Of a DNA stretch of 45,640 nucleotides, positions 36,134 to 45,640 are shown piece after piece. Every line of letters starts with the position of its first letter. Within the stretch, counting starts at the first letter, position 1. The stretch covers positions 18,513,481 to 18,559,120 of the forward strand of contig NC_068986.1 of the NCBI RefSeq assembly GCF_001194135.2. The letters are read 5' to 3'. The notes under the pieces were generated by a model. The model ran no database searches. It was not told the origin of the DNA and saw only the letters and a program-made list of their open reading frames with translations. The translations under genes were made by a program, and so were the position numbers. The stretch is from Octopus bimaculoides. Its lineage: Eukaryota.

Positions 36134-36540
36134 ATTTCTTTTATTAGCCACACAGGGCTCAACAAAGATGGGACAAATACAATGTAGAGCTTTTCTTTTT
36201 GGGAGGAGGAAGGAAGAAAAATAAATAAATAAAAAGTAGGGGTGGGTGTCGATCAAAAGGGATCGTAGGAAGGAAAAAAGGGGGAAGTTCGATCAAAAGG
36301 GACCGAGAGTAAAGAAAAAAAAAAGCGATCAATAGGGATCGTGTATCACAGTAATGTTCTCGTGTAAAAAGAGAGGAGGACAGTTTAGGTTTAGCCGTGG
36401 AAAGAAAAGCCTACGGAAAAGACCACGGTAACCTTATGCTCAAGGTGGCTACGTCATTCACACGTGCCATCCTTGCTACATTCACCCATCTTTTTTTAAG
36501 CATTCACTAGACAAGACTTCCCTTTCTACTGTCACCTAGG
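36134..36540 (-). mobile_element. L1/Tx1-like LINE, 5'-truncated 3' end (ORF2 C-terminus and 3' UTR)
   Basis: Minus strand reads VTVEREVLSSECLKK(fs)RWVNVARMARVNDVATLSI, then a pyrimidine-rich UTR ending AATAAAAGAAAT. GATA-type repeats on both sides. Clade call rests on recalled Tx1 C-termini. Confidence 0.55.

Positions 36541-36609
<69 letters not shown>
36541..36609. repeat. (GATA)n microsatellite
   Basis: Directly visible. Confidence 0.95.
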
Positions 36610-36960
36610 TATATTGCGACGGTTAAATAATGTAAACTTGCTTATGCAGAGACATCGCTTGAATGAAAACCGTGTTATTTGTAAAGTATATTAGTAGCTA
36701 TGCACAACCGACATAGATGTAAAACAGACTGTTTTTTAGACCCAAAACATCATTTCTCTTTTGTATGCTGATTATGTCCCAAATGCCAGTTGAGCATAAA
36801 CTATATAGTGGTCGCTGAATCACAGGTTAATCACATTTACCTATAAAATAAATTACGTTCACTTCTAAAAAGAATGAAATGTATTTTCTTCTTCATTTAT
36901 GTCGTGTGATATAAAGCTAAAACGACTCATATACATAACTTTCTCATTGTGTTATAAGTA

Positions 36961-37000
36961 ATTCTACTCTAGGCACAAGGCCTTGAACATTGGTGGGGAA
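36961..37000 (-). mobile_element. SINE family C tail type 2 fragment
   Basis: TTCTACTCTAGGCACAAGGCC matches the tails at 11290-11315 and 11532-11555. Confidence 0.6.
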
Positions 37001-37007
37001 GCGGGCT

Positions 37008-37652
37008 ATGCAGTTTTTTTTTATATTTCCTTTATATTTCAAAATTAAGATTCCTTTATAATCTAATTAAGTTATTTTTTAATCTAAAATATACTGTCCT
37101 TCATTTCCTACAATGCTCTTCCAACTATCTGGTAGATTTGCAAGCACTTTCTTCCAATATTCACTTGTCCATGACGGAAAAGTACTTCTGCAGTACTGTT
37201 CTAACCTTGTCTGCAGAATTCATATTTTTTCCGTCCAAGTTATTTTGAAGACTGCGGAATAATTGATAATCAGATGGGGTAAATGTCCGGCGAATATGGT
37301 GGCTGGAGCATCGCTTCGCATTCCTCCTGCTCCAGCCTTTTGAATGTCATCTGCGCTGTATGTGGTCGAGTAATATCCTGATGGAAGAGCACTTTTCCGT
37401 TACCTTATGGCCTTCATTGACCTCATAAAGCAAAATATGCTAAATATGCTCCTTTGTCACATCCATTACATCTTTGAAAATATAACTATTAATATCTAAA
37501 TGCACTCTACAAAACTTACACTAAGAATAAGGACAAGGTAAAACTACTGCCAGCTTTTATAGCAAGTTGATGCAGGTAGTTTATCCCATCTCTCTCCGAC
37601 TTTTAATTCATGCAATTGAATAAACCGCATTTTTTATGGGATAAACCAATAG
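37008..37652 (-). mobile_element. mariner (DD34D-type) element, internally deleted
   Basis: TIR-like TATTGGTTTATCCCATAAAAAATGCGG at 37652. ATG at 37466 gives MDVTKEHI*HILLYEVNEGHK fused directly to remnants of VLFHQD..RPHTA.MT and QPPYSPD. Confidence 0.8.
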
Positions 37653-38183
37653 TTTGAAAATGTGCGTGCTTTTGTGTTGGCAGAACAAACATAAACAGGT
37701 AAATCTCTAAGGGAAAAAACTTAATGCACTCCATATTGCTATACTATTGCCGTTAGTAGGGATGTGTAAGTGATTAGGCTCTACAACATTTATATTCGCG
37801 TTTATTTTTTTTAAATGATTCTTATAATAAAACTTCCGGCACTGATCTGCTACACTTGTATAACTACATTTCCAGTCGCTATACCTTGCCTCTTCAAAGC
37901 ACGTTCCTTTCTTGCTAAGACATCTATGTCTAATAATTTTCTTCATAAGGAAAAGTGCAACATGTAGTGAAAAGATTACAAAAACAGTAATAAATATTTC
38001 AAACAAAATTTCATTTTGGTTCAAGACAAGAACAAAGAGAATCACGAAGAAAAAATAATGGCAAGTCACTTGTCGATCATAATTCAGGATATTTTGAACA
38101 AAAGTAAGTATAGAGATGCGATAAAAAAAAGAAAAACGAGTCGGTGTCATGACAATCATGCAGAATAATATAATAAAATGACG

Positions 38184-38245
<62 letters not shown>

Positions 38246-38946
38246 CACATATATATTTATAAATATATACATGTGTGTGTGTGTGTGTGTGTATGTGTAC
38301 ACATATATCTCCATGCGTGCATATACTCACTTATTATTATCAGAGGCGTCATCTAGGTGACACAATAACCTATCAGTTTTTATCTCATCTCATACCACCT
38401 CTCGTATACTTGGATCATAGAAATTGCGATGTTCGACATGCTATATAAGTATATGCTAATACAATTTCGCAGTAGTTTCAAACCTGTATCAAATACTTAC
38501 AATAGAATCACCTACTAGAAATGGCATTCTTGTTTTTCTTCTTTTCTACAATGTTTGCTCAAAAGCGATATTCATGACATGGATTCTTTAGATGTGCAAA
38601 AATTTTGGAATAAATACCCTAAAATATAACAAAATAGAAGTAAACTTGTACACATACATAATCATATACGTATACATCAAAAACACGCATATGTGGAAGA
38701 GAAATGAGCAGCTAAGAATACGTAACATGTGGGTGGATTATTCTATACTTTGTGTTTATTCGATCGTAACCAACATTTACATTGAAAGTTCGACTTTGAA
38801 GCGTAATATCAACATTTATAAAATAAAAGTTTTTTTTTTTATGTGTTTATAAAGTACTAACAATATGAAACTTTGTTTCAAATATTCGCACATACGAGCA
38901 CACACAAGCACACACACACATACGAACACACACACACGCAAACACA

Positions 38947-38986
<40 letters not shown>

Positions 38987-39223
38987 TACAGGCACACACT
39001 CACACACATAGATCAAGTACATGCACACTCACGCATCCGCTACCACCTGCACACGAACACAGGCATGCATACATATACACGTACACATAAAAATGTATTT
39101 ATATACGCAATATATGTATATAAATAAATGTTTATGTGCACGTGTATATCGATATATACATATATATAAATGCTTGCGTGTGTATGTGTATATATATATT
39201 AATATATATATATATATATATAC

Positions 39224-39255
<32 letters not shown>

Positions 39256-39965
39256 ATGTGTGTGTGTGTGTGCATGTATATATACATACATACATACATA
39301 CATATATATACATATATATGTATATATATATATATATATANNNNNNNNNNNNNNNNNNNNNNNNNNNNNNNNNNNNNNNNNNNNNNNNNNNNNNNNNNNN
39401 NNNNNNNNNNNNNNNNNNNNNNNNNNNNNNNNNNNNNNNNNNNNNNNNNNNNNNNNNNNNNNNNNNNNNNNNNNNNNNNNNNNNNNNNNNNNNNNNNNNN
39501 NNNNNNNNNNNNNNNNNNNNNNNNNNNNNNNNNNNNNNNNNNNNNNNNNNNNNNNNNNNNNTTTAACTTTTAAATTTTCATATTCAAAAGAGACAGAGAC
39601 TTCAAATTCGATATATCGATCTATTCACCACTCTATATCAATATTTCTGTGCCAAACTTATCCAGTGACTAGTCCATTGGATTTAGACATTTGGCACTTC
39701 TTCAGGAGTGGTTACCATTCGAACAAAACACGAAAAAACACATACATAGCTATCATCAGAACCTTAGAATCTCGTTAGATTTCATCTTTGTTATTATAGG
39801 GGAGATAACTCCTTAATTTTCTATTTTTATTGCTCTCCTGTGGATTTCCACTAGATTAATTAATTATCTTGTTTATTTCTCTTTACTATACTATATTACC
39901 CGTTCTTTTACCCGTATACATATGCATACATACACACACATATACATACATATATGTATACACAT

Positions 39966-40026
<61 letters not shown>

Positions 40027-40884
40027 NNNNNNNNNNNNNNNNNNNNNNNNNNNNNNNNNNNNNNNNNNNNNNNNNNNNNNNNNNNNNNNNNNNNNNNNNN
40101 NNNNNNNNNNNNNNNNNNNNNNNNNNNNNNNNNNNNNNNNNNNNNNNNNNNNNNNNNNNNNNNNNNNNNNNNNNNNNNNNNNNNNNNNNNNNNNNNNNNN
40201 NNNNNNNNNNNNNNNNNNNNNNNNNNNNNNNNNNNNNNNNNNNNNNNNNNNNNNNNNNNNNNNNNNNNNNNNNNNNNNNNNNNNNNNNNNNNNNNNNNNN
40301 NNNNNNNNNNNNNNNNNNNNNNNNNNNNNNNNNNNNNNNNNNNNNNNNNNNNNNNNNNNNNNNNNNNNNNNNNNNNNNNNNNNNNNNNNNNNNNNNNNNN
40401 NNNNNNNNNNNNNNNNNNNNNNNNNNNNNNNNNNNNNNNNNNNNNNNNNNNNNNNNNNNNNNNNNNNNNNNNNNNNNNNNNNNNNNNNNNNNNNNNNNNN
40501 NNNNNNNNNNNNNNNNNNNNNNNNNNNNNNNNNNNNNNNNNNNNNNNNNNNNNNNNNNNNNNNNNNNNNNNNNNNNNNNNNNNNNNNNNNNNNNNNNNNN
40601 NNNNNNNNNNNNNNNNNNNNNNNNNNNNNNNNNNNNNNNNNNNNNNNNNNNNNNNNNNNNNNNNNNNNNNNNNNNNNNNNNNNNNNNNNNNNNNNNNNNN
40701 NNNNNNNNNNNNNNNNNNNNNNNNNNNNNNNNNNNNNNNNNNNNNNNNNNNNNNNNNNNNNNNNNNNNNNNNNNNNNNNNNNNNNNNNNNNNNNNNNNNN
40801 NNNNNNNNNNNNNNNNNNNNNNNNNNNNNNNNNNNNNNNNNNNNNNNNNNNNNNNNNNNNNNNNNNNNNNNNNNNNNNNNNNNN

Positions 40885-41556
40885 TACTAGATTCTCTATT
40901 ATAGCCCTAGGATGGTTACTTGATTTACTTATATACTGTAGGTTTGTTCGGGGTTTGTGGTATGGTCTATATGTTTTATTCTTAATATCTAATGTTACGT
41001 CTAGGAAATTTGCTACTGAGACATCATCTTCGTAAACTATACCCATCCCCATTCTGCTGAAAAATCTGGCCAGCCTACCCTTAATTCTCTGTAGTTCCTG
41101 GTTTGAGCAATTCCTAACATATAACAGGCAGTCGTCTCTATACAACCCCCCCCCTAACCCTAGGGAATTGATCATTTAATTCATAAAGGATAAATGATCC
41201 CACCATATCAGCTATTTGGGCTGAGTCGGAACTCCCCATGGCAACATCAAATGCGCTGGGGGTATCTTTCCTTACCCATATTTTATCTTTAAAGCTAATA
41301 AACGATTTCCTTGCTGCTGTTATAACTTTAAATTCTTCTTTAGTAAGGCCTGCTTTTTTATGGAAGAAACACATTGCCTTGTTTAGTACTATTGGGTTAA
41401 TTGATCAATAAAAGTTAGCTATATCAAATTGGATAAATTTTGTTTCTTCTTTATGCTCAATTGATCTAAACCAATTAATTACTTGGTCTGTACTAGACCA
41501 TAATTCTAACTTTAACTTAGTGGTTATTGTGGGTAGATAGTTATTTATAATGTTCT
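40885..41556 (-). mobile_element. Penelope-like element reverse transcriptase fragment, Naiad-like
   Basis: Reads LWSSTDQVINWF...KFIQFDIANFY*SI (motif A), FDVAMGSSDSAQIADMVG (motif B), GLYRDDCL (motif C), ANFLDVTLD...YRPYHKP...YISKSSNHP. One TGA at 41405-41407 and a +1 frameshift in a G9 run at 41146-41154. The 3' part is in a gap. Confidence 0.88.
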
Positions 41557-41678
41557 TGTCTCTTTTGAATATGAAAATTTAAAAGTTAAAAACCCTATAA
41601 TATAAATATAAACTGTGAGAACGACCCTTAATGAATCTAGTTAATGATCCCCTAAGGTAAGTTCTGATGCTATATTGG
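41557..41678 (-). repeat. Probable PLE terminal (pseudo-LTR) segment; 41557-41590 has an exact inverted copy at 39562-39595
   Basis: 34/34 match, TTTAACTTTTAAATTTTCATATTCAAAAGAGACA. RT homology begins immediately after it. Confidence 0.6.
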
Positions 41679-43614
41679 NNNNNNNNNNNNNNNNNNNNNN
41701 NNNNNNNNNNNNNNNNNNNNNNNNNNNNNNNNNNNNNNNNNNNNNNNNNNNNNNNNNNNNNNNNNNNNNNNNNNNNNNNNNNNNNNNNNNNNNNNNNNNN
41801 NNNNNNNNNNNNNNNNNNNNNNNNNNNNNNNNNNNNNNNNNNNNNNNNNNNNNNNNNNNNNNNNNNNNNNNNNNNNNNNNNNNNNNNNNNNNNNNNNNNN
41901 NNNNNNNNNNNNNNNNNNNNNNNNNNNNNNNNNNNNNNNNNNNNNNNNNNNNNNNNNNNNNNNNNNNNNNNNNNNNNNNNNNNNNNNNNNNNNNNNNNNN
42001 NNNNNNNNNNNNNNNNNNNNNNNNNNNNNNNNNNNNNNNNNNNNNNNNNNNNNNNNNNNNNNNNNNNNNNNNNNNNNNNNNNNNNNNNNNNNNNNNNNNN
42101 NNNNNNNNNNNNNNNNNNNNNNNNNNNNNNNNNNNNNNNNNNNNNNNNNNNNNNNNNNNNNNNNNNNNNNNNNNNNNNNNNNNNNNNNNNNNNNNNNNNN
42201 NNNNNNNNNNNNNNNNNNNNNNNNNNNNNNNNNNNNNNNNNNNNNNNNNNNNNNNNNNNNNNNNNNNNNNNNNNNNNNNNNNNNNNNNNNNNNNNNNNNN
42301 NNNNNNNNNNNNNNNNNNNNNNNNNNNNNNNNNNNNNNNNNNNNNNNNNNNNATATATATATATATATATAAGGTTGGAAAATCATTTAGAAGAAACATA
42401 AATATCCTTAAATAAAACTACCATTCGAAGTAGTTGGCATTACACCTACCTTGCACGACCTCACAACTCATTTTTGTGATCTGGGGCGGTAATGAGTGTA
42501 CATGCAATAGACAAATATAACTGTCACGGGGAAATATATATAAAGCCTCTCAGTATACAAATGCGCTCTCTACCGTCATTTCGAATTGGTTGTTTACATA
42601 CATAATGAATATAATTATATATACGTTGATACATACATAAAATCTGTGGAATGAGTCGCATTTGACTTAGTTAAATAGGAGCAATATTGGACATCTTTTT
42701 ACGTTTGAAATATTTAGTTCATGTTTGGATTAAAGTGGCGTCAGTAAAGAGTTCTACTACATATTCGAAGCTCAGATGTTCGAAGTATTATTTAACCAAT
42801 GATGGAGAGCAGACAATTAGTTTTAATGTCAAGTCGTATCAGACTAAACCATATACGAAATTAATATTCCAGCCATTTTCATTAGCTTGGTTGCGGTCAG
42901 AAATTTATATTTCGCACAACGTTGATTTTCTTTTCCAACAGTAAATAGAAAATGTAGTTAATGTGTGTTGTTTTGCCATATTTTAATCGCGCTCGTTTTT
43001 GCTTGTTTGCGTATATGTGTGTGTGTGTGTGTGAGTGTGTGTGTGTGCGTGAGTGTGGAGTGTTACACAGAAATGAAAACAAATTAAAAATATAACTAAA
43101 CGCTACTGGTAGACTAGTTCCAGTAAATTATGGTGCTCATTAACAACAGAAAGAAACTGTGTGAGGTTCTAACATAAACACGTGCTAGAACAGACAATAA
43201 GTGAAAATGATGAATAGCGTGCAGAAAGAAGACATATACGTCTTCTCATAACGCCTTATAGTTATGCAAGAGAAATGGTGTCAATATACAGAACACCTGT
43301 GATTTTATTATACTCACAAGTAATAATTCGTGACGAGAGATATAACGAAAAAATAAATCACCCGAATGCTAAATTCAGATCATCAATAATCTTACTATAC
43401 AAACTATGAGTATTTTACAAAGGAATATACGCATGAAATAATAGAGCATCGTGCCAAATATAATATTCATCACCATTGTGCTAATATGTGAACATTCAAT
43501 GACTGTCCCTAAGCGTGAGGTACAATGGTGATCTGCTATATAACCAATCTTTTCTGCAGATTGGAAACGGTAAATAATGACCATGGTATATGTCATTAGT
43601 ATTTCACGTTCCAA

Positions 43615-43818
43615 ATGAAGCGTGCTGACAGAATCGTCAGCGCGCCGGACAAAATGCTTAGGGATATTTCGTCTGTCTTTATGTATTGTATTCAAATTTC
43701 ACCGAGGTCGACTTTGCCTTTCATTCTTTCGGGGTCGATAAAACAAGTACCAGTTGTGCACTAGGGTCGATTACCCTGGGATTATTGACGTGCTTGGCTT
43801 GTGCTAAAATTTGAAACT
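43615..43818 (+). mobile_element. SINE family C (tail type 2-like), diverged
   Basis: Core GAGGTCGACTTTGCCTTTCATTCTTTCGGGGTCGATAAAACAAGTACCAG. Confidence 0.85.
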
Positions 43819-43837
43819 GATTCTACACATTCCGAAG

Positions 43838-44040
43838 TCAGCGAGTAGGCAGAATCATTTACACGCCGGACAAAATGCTTAGCGGCATTTCGTCCGCTTA
43901 TACGTTCTGTGTTCAACCTTCACCATGGTTCACTATGACTTCTATCCTTTCGAGGTCGGTAAAATAAGTACCAGCTGAGAAGTGGAAGTCCATGCAATCG
44001 ACATATCGCCTCTCTCAAATTTGATGGCCTTGTAACAAAC
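43838..44040 (+). mobile_element. SINE family C (tail type 2-like), older and diverged, in tandem with the previous copy
   Basis: Head CACGCCGGACAAAATGCTTAGCGGCATTTCGTCC and core ATCCTTTCGAGGTCGGTAAAATAAGTACCAG. Confidence 0.8.
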
Positions 44041-45640
44041 CTTTAATTAGTGATATTACTCTATTCATGTAAAGGTATCACAAAAGCTTAAGTTATTATT
44101 AATCTTATTACTGCTAAACAGCAACGATTATTTTGAATCCATTTAGTAGCAAAAAAATCAAAAATTCGTTATTAAAGTGTTGAATGCCCAACACATTGAC
44201 ATTTTTTGCTATCATATAAAAACCTTGTAGAGGTACCTTCCTCGATAGAAGTCAATAGAATGGTTTTCTTCAGAATTTTAGAGCAGCTTCTTACTCGAGG
44301 ATTACTTTCTCATGAGCTCAAACTAATTATTAGTTCAAAAGTAATTCCATGTTTAAACTCAGACCTTGTACATAACTACACAATTTTCCACGTTTTATCC
44401 TACATGGACAAAGTAACAATTATACACCAGTACCGAAATCTTCAATATCAGCATGGAAGGTGGATGTGATGTATATTAATAAGAAAAGTGAATTAAACTC
44501 CATGTTATAATCAACACTTCTGTTTAGAAAGGAAGCGGTTATTCATTGCATTTATAATGATTATTCACAAATCTTAAGATTATTGCTTTCATAGTGCTGA
44601 AATTATTTGTCAAAGCATGTATTTATTCATAGCCAATTTCACTTGGTCATCAGGAGAATAGACGCTTACATTTTCTCATTTATAATGCAAAATGATAGGG
44701 ATTGTTATTGTTTGCTAAGTTATTATGCACATATAAATGGACATTTAAATGATACGTTTCCTTATATTTGTTTCAAGATGTGGCATCATACTGGTTGGTT
44801 GCATCTGGCACATTGTATTAGACTGGATACTGTTTTAAACTTTTGATGTAAAGTTTCATCTAAATATTGTAATATATTGCAAATATTACTTTGAATCACA
44901 CCTTTTACGATATTGTGTAATATTGTAAATAATGCTGAAACCAAAATCGTTTTCTGTAGCACAGTTTAAAATGTAGATATTGCTGTCAACTAAAATTTTT
45001 ATGAGGTCATGAAATGTTTTGAACAATGCTTTAAAACACATTTTTATCTTATTAGCAGATGTAATATCGCTTACTGATCATAATGCGAAATGTAAATAAT
45101 ACTGTGCACTACAACAACCATTATAGTCATCAATGAAAGTACCGTGTTTATTTACAAAGGATGCTATATTTTGAAACAAACCATTATTAAAATGTGAATT
45201 GAAACATATTACATAGTGCTATAAATAATAGATTAAATTGCAGCTTATATACTATATTACAAACATTTTTGCACAGCACAACATAGTGCGTTATATCATA
45301 CATATTACGTAAATTGATATCCTGCATATTAAACTGTGCATTTCTCATTATATTCCTGTTTAGCAATAGAGAAGTTTGATATATTATGATATTTGATCCA
45401 TTACTATATTATGCACTAAATATTTCATAATTCTATTAATTAGGATTTGGTATTAAAAGAGATATACCTTTTTTTAAAGCAAGTTATAGATTTATTAAGG
45501 AATTGATGTAATAAAAATTCCACAATTGTACACGCAATATTTCATGGCAAAATCATGTTCTTGCATGTATATATATGTATGTATGTATGCATATTATTTA
45601 TATATATTATATAGTTAGATAAACAGATAGATAGATAGAT

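Larger units (their letters stand above)
1493..42352. other. 15 assembly gaps (N runs) spread over this span
   Basis: Gaps at 1493-1799, 2344-3113, 4018-4095, 7293-7441, 12017-12282, 13651-13790, 21091-21877, 24166-24550, 25298-25410, 28838-29117, 29981-30498, 33406-33555, 39341-39561, 40027-40884 and 41679-42352. Most abut microsatellites. Confidence 0.98.

Noticed and set aside
37707-38330. 207-aa minus-strand ORF
   Set aside because: The N-terminal third is microsatellite, and the rest is F/I/L-rich as expected from the antisense of A-rich DNA.
44206-44469. 87-aa ORF from a TTG start
   Set aside because: No ATG start context, splice signals or recognisable motif.
1-45640. CRISPR arrays, operons, rRNA or intact tRNA genes
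   Set aside because: The sequence is eukaryotic repeat-rich DNA. There is no repeat-spacer array or rRNA-like tract, and all tRNA-like boxes belong to SINE heads or decayed remnants.

Overview
AT-rich, microsatellite-dense eukaryotic DNA with 15 N-gaps, most of them at simple repeats. The repeat content resembles the octopus (cephalopod) genome; this is an inference from recalled SINE and LINE families, not a search. No host protein-coding gene can be firmly identified. Most ORFs in the supplied track are microsatellite or N artefacts, and only a few isolated exon-like segments remain as candidates. The window is mainly transposon debris: three tRNA-derived SINE families (some with 12-18 bp target-site duplications), two different Penelope-like elements (a C-terminal GIY-YIG endonuclease fragment and a Naiad-like RT fragment), a Helitron with both termini and a helicase C-terminus, an R4/Dong-like remnant at a (TAA)n tract, a Tx1/L1-like 3' fragment inside (GATA)n, two Tc1/mariner remnants and a pogo/Tigger-like MITE. 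The most notable structures are a near-canonical minimal type I hammerhead ribozyme at 30922-30966 inside a longer stem, a 443-bp loop-less palindrome carrying hammerhead-like cores, a SINE/LINE pair sharing a 3' tail, and a triple SINE cluster with a triplicated target site.
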